Source: Torpedo marmorata (Eukaryota). Taken from it: a DNA stretch of 64,000 nucleotides. Within the stretch, counting starts at the first letter, position 1. Each line of letters starts with the position of its first letter. The notes beneath the pieces were generated by a model. The model did not search any database. It had not been told where the DNA came from and saw nothing but the letters and a program-made list of their open reading frames with translations. Shown piece by piece: positions 24,097-35,752 of this stretch. The position numbers were made by a program, and so were the translations under genes. The stretch covers positions 154,256,001 through 154,320,000 of the forward strand of contig OZ360225.1 in NCBI GenBank assembly GCA_977017645.1, given 5' to 3'.

Positions 24097-25330
24097 CAAG
24101 TCAAGTCACCTTTATTTGTCGTTCATTACCATATACACAGTAAGACGAGATAGTGTTTCTCCAGGACCATGGGCAGATGTAAATAAATATCATAATACAA
24201 TAAAAAAACTATAACATGCTAATACACATATATATCTAGGAATTGAGGAGCCTGATGGCTTGGGGGAAGAAACTGTTGCACAGTCTGGACGTACGAGCCT
24301 GAGTGCTTCGGTACCTCCTTCCAGATGGCAAAAGGGAAAACAGTTTACCAAAGGGGTGTGAGAAGTCCTTCACAATGATTTTAGCCTTCCTCATGCATCG
24401 TGTGTTGTAGATGTCCGTCATGGTGGGGAGAGAGATTCCATAACGTGGCCTTCAGTAGTGAGTTGACTTTGTGGTACATCCGTGGTTTCTGATTGGGGAA
24501 TTCCTTCATTGTCTTCTTGATCATGCAGTTTTACTGATGAAGGAAGTGATGGCGGTGATGTATTCATCGAGATGGGTCACGGAGTCCTTGAACATGGACT
24601 GATCTGCTGACTCGAAGCAGTCACATGGTATGTCATCTGTGTTATCAGACCACTATTGAATAACATTCACCACCAGGCCCTCCCTCCTGAACTTCTGTTT
24701 GTATGTGGGTAGCAGCAGCACAGCCTCGTGATCAGATTTTCTAAGGGTTGTAAGGGTTGATGAACACTTTATGATCTATAGAAATCCTCCTGCGGAGGTG
24801 GGTATGGAAGTTCTCACATTCACACAGTATTGTTCAGAGTTTATTTATATTTATAAACAAATATTGTATTTTTATTGATTTACTTTTCTGTTTTGATGTT
24901 GGCATATTATGTTTCACCGTAGACCTGTTGCTACGATAGGCGAATTGGAACTGATCCATGTCGCCGCTCAGACAGGAGCTGATATGCTTCAACACCCGCC
25001 TTTCAAAACACTTAATCACTGTTGATGTGAGTGCCCCTGGTCGATAGTCATTTAGGCAGGTTACCACACTCTTCTTGGGCACCGCTACGATTGATGCCTG
25101 TTTGAAATAGGTGGGTACCATGCTCTGCCGGAGTGAGATGCTGAAGATATCCGTGAATACATTGATAAGTTGGTCAGCACAGATTTTTAATACATGGCCG
25201 AGTACTCCGTCTGGATGCTTTCCTGAGATGCGCTCTCCTAAAGGCAGCCCTCACATCATCCTCGGATACGAAAGGGAGACGATCATCAGATGATATCGGG
25301 GTGCGCAGTGGTGGTTCTTTCTTGTTCTTT
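24097..25330 (-). mobile_element. Jumbled Rex1-type fragments (3' end with GACTT tail, linker region, RT part)
   Basis: NSFFPQAIRLLN, PNQKP and CLNDYRPGALTSTV. Confidence 0.7.
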
Positions 25331-25592
25331 CCATCACCTCATGAAGATGAAGGTCATGTGCTTTTACATTCACTCTAACTGCCTGGATGTCATCTCTATG
25401 TCTGCACCTTCTTGCATCCTCCATAAGTCTCAATCACTTGCTGCTAAAACATATCCCAGTTTACTCTAAGGTGTACTTTCCAAATGGGGTAGTGAATGTT
25501 GTCAACAAAGAAAATTCATCATGAAGCTTCATATTCATAGGAGGCTGAGGGAAGAGCTTACAGAAGTTTATAAGGACATGAGGGGCATGGTT

Positions 25593-28500
25593 TTTTTTTT
25601 TTTTTTTTTTTTAATATTTTATTTAAATTTTTAAATCACACATTACATAATATAATTCTACATATAATTCTTAAAAACTTACATGTGATTACATTTTCTC
25701 CCCCCTCCTTCCCACCCTCCCCTCCCTAACCCCTATATCCCCCTAGTCTAAATTTAAAATAAAATAAAATAATAAAAGAAAAGAAAAGAGAAAAGATAGA
25801 AAAATAGAGAAATAGAGTGAGGAGTCAATAAGCTTAAAAAACTAATATATCTTAGAGGTTATTTCGCCAGCAGATCTGATATCCAGAGAATTTACAGTGT
25901 TAAACCCATAATCCTCATATATGGGCCCCAAATTTTCAAAAAGAAATGATATTTATTTCGTAAATTATAAGTAATTTTCTCTAATGGTATACATGACCGT
26001 AACTCTGCATGCCATCGCTCTAAATTTAAATCAACATCCGATTTCCAAGTAATAGCTATACATTTTTTTGAAACAGCTAATACTATACGTAAAAATTCTA
26101 CTTGATACATATTTAATCTATGTCTAATACTAAATTTTTTAATATCTCCAAATAAAAATAACATAGGATCCATTGCAATTTCAACATTAAAAATTCTTTC
26201 TAAAAAATTCTTAACTTTCAACCAAAAATCTTGAATTTTTGAACATGACCATGTACAATGTGCGAAAGATCCTATTTCAGTTTTACATCTAAAACACATA
26301 TCTGATAACGCTGGATTAAATTTTTTTAATTTTTTAGGTGTCAAATACAATTGATGAAAAAAATTATATTGTACCAATCTATATCTCACATTAATGACTT
26401 TTGTCATACTTAATTTACATAAATCTTTCCAATGATTTTCATCTATATTAACATTCAAATCTAATTCCCATTTCAATCTGGACTTATGCACTCCTACTTT
26501 AGACATCTTTCTTTGGAACAACTTATACATTTGTGAAATAAATTTATTAACATTGACTTTAGTAATTAATAATTCCAATTCATTTTGCCCTGGTGCTGTT
26601 AATTCATTCCCTAATCTTTCAATCAAAAAAGCTTTAACTTGAAAATAAACTAACATTGTATTATCCAATATATTAAATTTTTCTTTTAACCTCTGGAAAG
26701 TAATAAATCTACCTGCTTCAAAACAATCTTTTAAAGTCTTAATTCCCTTTAAAAACCATAACTTAAGTAACTGATTATCCATAGAAAATGGTAAAAGCGG
26801 ATTCTGATATATTGGTGTATTTAAAGAAATTAACCCTTTTTGACCTATCTCTTTGTCTACTTGTGACCAAATTTCCAACAAATGTTTAATAATTGGTGTA
26901 TTTTTCTTTTTAAGTAATAATAATTTAGAATTCCATTTATAAATAATATCTTCTTTATGTATTTCTCCCATATTATTCAATTCTATATTAATCCAAGCAG
27001 AAGATTTATTTAAATCAAAGAATTCATTAATAAATTTTAATTGGGCCACTTTATAATAATACTGAAAATTAGGAAGTTGTAACCCTCCCATCTCATAATT
27101 CCATGTTAATTTATCTATACTTACTCTTGCCAACTTTCCTTTCCATAAAAATTTCCTAATAATAAATTTTAAATCTTTAAAAAATTTATTTGGAATACCA
27201 TAAGGAATCGATTGAAAAAGATATTGAATTCTTGGAAAAACATTCATTTTAATACAATTTACTCTTCCCATCAAAGTTATAGGTAAATCTTTCCAAAGCT
27301 CTAAATCTTTTTTTATTTTCATAAATAAAGGAATCTTGACCACCCAATGGAATTAGAAAGAGCACACAGGATTGGAAGAAGAAATCAGGGCGATCGGAGA
27401 CCGCGTCCAGTTTTGATGAAGTGTCTTAGATATCAAGATAGGGAAAAAATTTTAAAAATGGCAATTCAAAAAGCACGAGAAAGTAGGGGGCCGTTGATGA
27501 TAGAAGGAAATAGAGTTCTTTTCTATCCTGATTTAAGTCCAATGGTGGTCAAGCAACGGAAAGAATTCAACCCTGCAAAGGCTATATTGTGGGAAAAAGG
27601 ATACAAATTTTCGTTTAGGTATCCAGCGGTTCTGAGGATCCAAGATAATGGTGATACGTTTTTGTTATTCAAGAATCCTGATCAGGCTCTTTCTCATGCT
27701 AATGGTCTTCAACGTCGGGCAAGAAGTTTTTTGGATTCGGTTGAACAACAAGATCGGAATAATCAAGCAAGTCGCGGAGATATGGTACCCGGTCCGTCAA
27801 GAGAAAATATCCGAATTCAAGCTGGAGAAGAATTGGAGGATTCAACTGTGTGAAGAGTTGACTGAATGTATATGTTGGACAAATATATATCTGTTGGGGG
27901 GAGGTGGTTTGTGGAAACTTCTTCCGAAGCAATCACCACCTTAGCAGCGAGAGCTGCTTCTCGAGCAACAGAGGGGGGTAGCACTGGGAGTAGAAGACCA
28001 GTGTTTTTTTTTTTATAGGGGGGTTTTCTTTTCTTTTACTTCTATCTTTCATTCTAGTTGAGGAGGAAATGTATTTACGACAGAGTAAGAGGGAAACGCG
28101 GGTGGATTTGATTAACAGGGAACAGTTACTATTTGATTATGGGAGATTCTAAGAGTATAAACTTAGTAAGTATTAATATAAATGGGCTTAATAACCCAAT
28201 TAAGAGAAAACGGACTTTGGCATATATTAAAAAGTTGAAAGTAGACATAGCTTTTTTGCAGGAAACTCATCTGACGGATATTGAACATCAAAAATTGAAA
28301 AGAGACTGGGTAGGACATGTTATAGCGTCGTCATTTAATTCTAAAGCTAGAGGAGTAGCTATTTTAGTAAATAAAAAGTTACCTTTTAAGATACAATCGA
28401 CAGTGATTGATACGGCAGGAAGATATGTTTTGGTATATTGTCAAATTTATTCAGAATTTTGGACTCTTATGAATTTATATGTGTCAAATCCTGATGATGA

Positions 28501-29461
28501 ACAATTTATTCAAGATGCTTTTTTACATTTATCAGATGCTAAAGAGAATATTTTAATTGGTGGAGATTTCAATTGTTGTTTAAATCCAATTATGGATAAA
28601 ACTTCGAAAACATCTGTTAGACCAAAAATAGTTAAAAAAATAATTAATTTGATGGAGGATTTGAATTTGGTGGATATTTGGAGAAAGTTGAAACCTAGAG
28701 AGAAAGATTATTCATTTTATTCATTTAGACATCATTCTTTTTCTAGGATAGACTTGTTCTTATTATCTTCACAAGTTCAAGATAGAATAACACAGATATC
28801 TTATAAAGCAAGAATAATTTCAGATCATTCACCTTTATTAATGACATGTATAATTCCAGAGAAGGAAAAAACTGTATATAATTGGAGATTTGACTCTTTT
28901 TTATTGAAAAGAAAGGATTTTTGTGAATATATGAGACGAGAAATACAGGAATTTTTAAGAATAAATAATAATTCGGTTAATGATAAATTTATGGTATGGG
29001 AAGCTTTGAAAGCTTATTTAAGAGGTTTAATAATAAGTTATTCAGTAAAGATAAAAAAAGACTATTTGAAAGAAGAGGAAAAATTAGAGAAGGAAATTGA
29101 ATTTATGGAAAAGGATTTACAGAGAAATAAGTCTATTCTTAAGAGGAATCGTTTAGTAAGGAGGAAATTACATTATAATTTATTACAAACACGTAAGACT
29201 GAAAAGTTGATAACGAGAACAAAACAAAGATATTATGAATTAGGGGAAAAGGCACATAAAGTTTTATCATGGCAATTGAAAAAAGAACAAGTTTCTAAAA
29301 CTATTAATGCTATAAGGAAGAGAAATACTGGAGAAATAACTTATAAGCCACAAGAAATAAATGACTCTTTTAAAGAATATTATCAGAACTTATATAGATC
29401 TGAGGTTGATCATGATGATATGAAGATTAATAGATTTTTATCTAGAATTACTTTACCTAAA
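25593..29461 (-). mobile_element. L1 with 5' inversion: 3' segment on minus (25593-27334), ORF1 end-spacer-EN segment on plus (27335-29461)
   Basis: Poly(T) at left; 15-bp TSD ATGAGGGGCATGGTT (25578-25592, 29462-29476); ORF2 C-terminus (CFRC...HCTWSC) on minus; ERAHR/YPDLS and APE motifs (NINGLN, LQETH, GGDFN, ISDH) on plus. Confidence 0.93.
27891..28014 (+). ncRNA. Putative structured RNA in the L1 inter-ORF spacer
   Basis: Stems, a GAGA tetraloop and a hairpin-U tract are retained with compensatory changes at 48084-48203. Confidence 0.55.
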
Positions 29462-31597
29462 ATGAGGGGCATGGTTAAAGTGAATGTTCCCAGTCTTTTT
29501 CCCATTGAAGACAATTATAGAACTAGAAGTCATAGGTGAGGGGGAGTGAGTTAAGAGAGATCTGAGGGACAACCTTTTCACTAAAAGGATAAACTGTAAC
29601 TGGAATGAGCTATCAGAGGAAGCTTTAAAAACATGTGCAATTATGACCTTCAAAAGACATTTGGACAGATGTATAGATAGGAAGGGTTTAGTATTTGGAT
29701 CAAGTGCAGGCAAATGGGACTATTCCAGATTGTCAAATTAGTCAGCATGAACGAGTTGGGCTGAAGTGCCTGTTCTATGCTGTATGACTGTCTCTATTCC
29801 AGGGCTCTTCTCTGGCATCATTTGCTGAAAGTTTGGCTTCAGTCCTGGTGTGAGTTTTTTTTAACAGCGGGTGAAGAGTTAGGGTTTCTTTTGATTGTTT
29901 GATTCAGGTTTTGGGGCCTTACCCAGACACTTCTTTCACCACAATTGTGTTCACTTTGTAAATAAGTTTTGTGACTTTGGCTATTTCTTGGCCATCATTT
30001 CCAGCTTCATCTTTACCTCAATTACAGAGGATGTGCATTAATTACTGTTTGTACTTGGGGATTAATGATGATTTGATTTTCACTGTCTTCAAAGCAAACA
30101 CCTGATTTATCAAGGCATCCTGGGCACATTTATATTAAATCCATTTTGACTCCATTTGGAGGGAAATTCTCAATGGAAAATCACTTGCAGTTTTCATTGT
30201 TATCTCCCAGTGCGGTTCATCATAATTTCTCAAACCCAAGATAGCAGGCTTTTGTTTCTGTGGCATAGAACATGCAATTAATTTATTTCCCTTTGTGGGT
30301 TGCTCTGACTTGGTTTGACTCCGGTTGTGTAATCTTACTCTCCCCCTTCACATACTCTTAGCGTGACATGCTTGTGTTTCAAGATACTTTCACCTTTTTC
30401 GAGCTTTACAGGGAATATCTATTGGTATAAACTGAGTATAAATGATGGGCAAGTATATGAGATTAGTTTGCTTCATTTCCTTCTTAAGATCAGGATAATC
30501 ATGTGTTTCATTTCTGTCACCTCCGGTTACTCCATGCAGATGAATGGTTCCAATATGTAGTTTGAATCCAAACTTGCTGACACCTTCCATGCTTTGGATG
30601 TTCTAGTTTTGATTCTTGTGCATGGGCCCTTCTGTCTTTCTAACCTTCTTTAATTTGTTCTGTATCGACTTCCTTTCAATTTGCACAAACGTTGAGCTTG
30701 CTGTGGAACAACCTGTGATTTTTTTTCTCTGTGAATTTGGGACAATTTTAGGAAATCTGTGATGTCAGCTCTAAGTGATGTTGGCAAACATTAGTGCAAA
30801 CACAAACCTGCCATTGCCATTTTAAATAATTTTCCAAAAAAGTAATTACACTGAAATGCTGTGTTAATCGTATTACTGGGAAAATCAGCAGGATCCCACA
30901 ACGAACATGGAATGTACACCAATTTTTGTTGGTGTTGCTTAAAGGAAGAATATTGCCCAAAACTTCAAGAGGACTCTCTTTGCATCTTTCAGTAATGTAA
31001 TAGGACTTGTCATTTCCCTGTAAATCATACAAATGGGTCTTAGCAAAACAACTCATCCAAAGGATGACAGTTCCATTAATATCATCACTGTGGTGAAGTA
31101 TCATGACAGAATATGCTCTGGAATTGAACTTGAACTCCAAGCATTACAGCCTAACTATGAGAATGCTTCCAACTGTGACATGTCGACTGACAAATCGGGC
31201 TATATTTCACTCGTTTTAATTTAGTGACGGTTCATTTATATTCTGTTACAGTGCTTATGTGGTTGAGAAAAACCAGCTGCATTTCAGATCTTTTTACCAA
31301 GTTGCAGTCTTGAAAGAGAAATAATTCAAATTTTAAAAACATTGCAGAACTGGTTCATTTTGTATGTGACTGACTGTCCTATTTTAACTTAAAGGCCAGT
31401 TACAATCAGTTCTAATCCTGCTTAGGTTGAATATTAAGTGAATTGCATTTTTTTGTGGAAATATAATTTGAAATACAGACAGTTTGAGAAATATAACATT
31501 TTCTTAAATATCAATGAAAATCTTCAGGAAATGCATCCGGTGGAAAATGAATGAACCTGACAACAATAAACGCAGAGAAAATGTATTTATATTTCTC

Positions 31598-32355
31598 TTT
31601 TTTTTTTGTGGAATATTTTATTTGTATTTTTTAAAGCCAAACATATTATCAATAACAAAAATAATACATCATCAAATATAATATTCGTCTGTTAACTATT
31701 ATACTAAAAAAAAACAAAATTACAAACAAAGGAAAACCCACCCACCCAATTCCCCCCTAAAAGAAAAAAAAAGAGAGGAATAGAATAAGAAAAGGTTGAA
31801 ATAGAAAAGGAAAGAAGACGTTGGAGGTTCGTCGTCCACCCCGCAGGCTTAAATTACTTGGCATACTCGGATTTCTGAAGAGGAAATGGACATAGGTCCT
31901 GGAGGAGAGGGGGGTGGGGGCCTGGTTATAGATTTACAGCATTGTGTTGTAAATATGGAGTCCAAATCTTTAAAAATATATCATATGTATTTCTAAGATT
32001 ATAGGTAATCTTCTCAAGGGGAACACAACTGTACATTTCCTCATTCCATCTTGTCATACCTAGATGGGAATCAGACTTCCATGTGACCGCTATACATTTC
32101 CTGGCCACTGCGATCTCCACAAATTTTATTTGAAATTTTGACAGCCTCTTCTTAGGTCTTACGCCAGAGATATTGCCCAATAGAAATAATTCTGGGCGTT
32201 GTGGGAACTGAATTTCTGTAATTTGTTCTAAGAGTTTCCCTAAGTCCGTCCAGAAAGGTTTTACTTTGGGGCATGACCAGGTTAAATGTAAAAACGTTCC
32301 TATTTCTTTGCCACATCTAAAACATTTATCTGATATTTCTGATTTAAATTTATTC
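31598..32355 (-). mobile_element. L1 3' fragment
   Basis: KCIAVTWKSD...PLEKITYNLRN; poly(T) at left. Confidence 0.88.
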
Positions 32356-32375
32356 TAAATTTGATTTTAAATTTA

Positions 32376-32552
32376 AATCAATGAACCAAAGACACTGCCT
32401 TACTTTTCGTGCACTATTGTTTATAATTTTTTATAGTAATGTCGTAAGATGGTTAATATGAATGTTAATTGCACTATGGTGCTGCCACAAAGCACCAAAT
32501 TTCATGACTTGTTCATGACAATAAATTCTGATTCTGATTCTGATTCTGATTC
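32376..32552 (+). mobile_element. Rex1 3' UTR and tail
   Basis: Nearly identical to 12417-12585; (ATTCTG)n tail. Confidence 0.9.
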
Positions 32553-32679
32553 AATTTTTGTGGCGTGAGATACAACTGGTGCAAAAAATTGTATTGCACC
32601 AGTCTGTATCTCACATTTATTGTGTTTTATTTATATTTCTCGTTTTAGGGATTTGGATGTCCCTGACAAAATATCCCCT

Positions 32680-33750
32680 AATTTCCCAAGTGGTGGTGAG
32701 CAGCCTTCTTGAACTGCTGTGGTCAATCAAATAAAGGTACTCCCACAGTGATGACGGAACGGGTAGGGAATTCCAGGATTTAGATCCAGTGATGATGAAT
32801 CGACAAGGGAATATTTCCAAGTCAGGGTGATGTGTGAATAGGAGTGTTTGGTGGTAGCCTGAAGTGTTAACTCTTGATGGTAGGGCTTGTGGACAACAAT
32901 TGTTGTCTTCTCTGCAACCGTTATGCACAGGTATAGGAGAGAATGGGATCCCAATCAAATGGTTTTCTTTATCTTGAAACATGTTGTTCTTCTTGAGTGT
33001 TTTTGAAGCTGCCTTCATGGCGAGTGGAGGACATTCCATTATACATCTGATTGTTCCTTGTGGACGAGGGGGAAGCTATGGGCCATCATGAGGTGAGTCA
33101 CTCAGTGGAAGATACCTAATATCTCACTGTCTCTGATAATCACATTGCTTATGTGACTGATCCAGTTGAATAACTGGTCAATGGTGACTTGGGATGTTGA
33201 TAGTCGGGTATGTGGCAATAGCAATTCCATTGAAAGTTAAAGATATGTGGTTAGATTCTCTCTTGTTGGAGACATGTGACTGCAGATGCTGGAACCTGGA
33301 GCAAAAAACAATCTGCTGGAGGAACCCAGGGGGTAAACCAGCATTAGTGGGAGCAAAAGAATGGTCAATGTTTCAGTGCAATACACAAATGATCTGGAAA
33401 AACTCAGCAGGCCATGTTGAGTTTCTCCAGCACATTTGTGCATTGGACTCGACCCCAGCATCTGCAGATTTTCTGTTTTATGGTCAATCTTTCAAGTCAG
33501 AACCCTTCATCAAGACTGAGAGGGTCTTGATGATTTTAGACCTGGGGCTCCTGTAATAATTTCTTGGGACTAGAATGGTTGACCACCAACAACCACAACC
33601 ATCTTCCTTTATGTGGGAGATATGATGACAACAATTGATTCCAATGGACTTTGTTTTTACCAGGGTTCCTTGATGCCACACTCACTCAAATCTTGTCTTG
33701 CAGTCAATGCTGGTCATTCTCAGCTCACCACTTAAATTCAGCTTTTGGTC
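32680..33750 (-). mobile_element. Highly degenerate CR1-type LINE remnant with Penelope termini inserted at ~33275-33520
   Basis: Weak RT-region similarity; TGCTGGAGGAAC-type Penelope terminus motifs. Confidence 0.45.
33376..33479 (+). mobile_element. 104-bp fold-back Penelope terminus
   Basis: 31-bp imperfect inverted repeat (33379-33409, 33415-33445); 15-bp TSD with one mismatch (33361-33375, 33480-33494). Confidence 0.7.
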
Positions 33751-33869
33751 CATCAATAACATGATTTATTCTTATTTTTTATATTTATTATCGCTTCCCA
33801 TATGGTAATTTCATATATATGATTGAAGTTCTTTTGTTTTTCTTCATTGGTTATGATGCTGAGTAGGAA

Positions 33870-34400
33870 AGTCAACAAGTCATATAAAAATTTTGTTCGG
33901 CCACATTTGGAGTGCTGTGTGCAATTCTGGTCCTTGCATGATAGGATGGATGTGGAGACTAAAGAGAGTGCAGAGAACTTTGTCAGGATGTTGCCTGGAT
34001 TAGAAAATTTTAGCTATAAGGAGAGGTCAGACAAACTTAGATTGTTTTCACTGGAGCATTAGAGGCTGAGGGGCAAGCTGACCGAAGCATATAAAATTAT
34101 GAGAGGCGTAATAGGGTCGACAATCAGAGACAGGGTGAAAATGTCAAACATCAAAGCTTAAACGAGATCTAGGAGGCAAGTTTCTTTTATGATAGGTGCC
34201 AGGAACACACTGCCAGGGAATGTGGTGGAAGCAGCAACATTTTAGAGACATTTAGATAGGCACACGAACAGGGAGAGGATGGTGGGATATAGACCATGAT
34301 CAAGAAGATAGGATCAGTTTCAATTGGCATCATGGTTTGCACATACATCATGAGCAAATGGACCTGTTCCTGTGCTGTACAGCTCTATGTTATATGTTCT
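33870..34400 (+). mobile_element. CR1 3' fragment
   Basis: FVRPHLECCVQFWS and RMLPGLENFSYKER; CTATGTT-type tail. Confidence 0.85.
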
Positions 34401-34444
34401 GTATTCCAAAAATTAATTGTCAACATGTGGAATTCATACAATAT

Positions 34445-34960
34445 TAGGAGACGACCCACGGGACGGTGACCACGGCGGTGGACCAGTGAGGGGGCTCTGA
34501 GGCTGAAGGACCAGTGCATGCGGCAGGCTGCTGGCGGCTCGAGGCGAGGAACCCGCGGAGGCTGTGGGCTGCTGGAGACTGCTGTCGGGCTGCGGACTGC
34601 TGGAGGCTGGCTCGAACTGGCTGGAGGAGTACCAGGTATTGGAACCGGGATGCGAGGGGGTGCCGAGGGCGCCGAGGGGTTCCTGACCGTGTCAGAGGTT
34701 CGGATCTGGAGCTCGGGTTGCCGATGGTTTGGTCCGGACTCTGTGTGGCTGCGGAGGCTGCGGAAGCGCTGGAGGCGAATCTACGGACACTCAGTGACAC
34801 TGGGGTGACTCTCTTTTGCTTCTCTTTCTCTGACTGTGAGGAATGTTAGAGGCGCTTAGGCAATTTCTGCCAGTGGCGAATCTGTCTGCCTTGCAGCAGG
34901 CAAAGGGAAATTTCATGGAATATGACACTGTTTTATTACTATGACAATAAATTGAATCTT
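34445..34960 (+). mobile_element. GC-rich non-coding retroposon with a Rex1-like tail
   Basis: Homologous to 53611-54037; ends ATGACAATAAATTGAATCTT; possible TSD ATTCATA. Confidence 0.75.
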
Positions 34961-35752
34961 ATTCATATTTCCTATGGCAAAGAAGGAAGCCATTTCATGC
35001 ATTGAGTCTGTGGTTCCAATGATAAAATTCAAGCTCTGCTCCAGACCTTTGAAGATATCCATACGGGCACTTCATCGAAGCAATGTTGTGGTGCCAGAGG
35101 TGTAATCTTTAGAAAGAAATAGAAAGCAGTAGCTCCTATTTCATCTCACGGGTGGATATAAATCATCAGATATACTATTCAAAAATAGAAAATGGCAGTC
35201 ATTGTACTGTCTTGGCAATTTTTATTCAAAATCAATCATAGGATATTATGCATTGAACACACATGAATTTCCACTCTAATTTTGCTACTTGTTTCTTCAC
35301 TGTTTGTGTCATCATTGCTGTTTCTGGCCAGTTTTGTAGGGCTTTACGCTCAGAGGTATTGGGGTCCCCATACCAGACCGTGATGCAGCCAGTCAGCACA
35401 CTTTGAACCACACATCTGTAGAAATTTGCCAGCATTTCCATTGTCATAACAAACATCCGCAAACTCCTGAGGAAGTAGAGGCGATGACGTGCTTTCTTCA
35501 CGATGCCATTAGTGTGTTGGGTCCAGGAACGATCCTCCAAGATAGTGACTCCCAAGAACTTAAATTTTCTCACCCTCTCCACCTCTGATCCCCCAATGAT
35601 CAATGGATCGTAGACCTCTGGTTTTCCCTTCCTGAATTCAACAATCAGCTCCTTGGTTTTGGCGACATTGGTGCACCATTCAGCCAAGTTTTCAATCTCC
35701 CTCCTGTATGCTGACTCATCTCCCCTTTTTATACAACCCACCACCGTGGTAT

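Larger units (their letters stand above)
25530..29790 (+). mobile_element. Old CR1 3' remnant hosting the inverted L1
   Basis: CR1 coding end and UTR are collinear across the L1 TSD. Confidence 0.65.

Noticed and set aside
27930-27985. Twister-ribozyme resemblance (GAGGG motif) in the L1 spacer
   Set aside because: The UAA cleavage-site motif and pseudoknot pairs are not evident by eye; kept only as an unclassified structure
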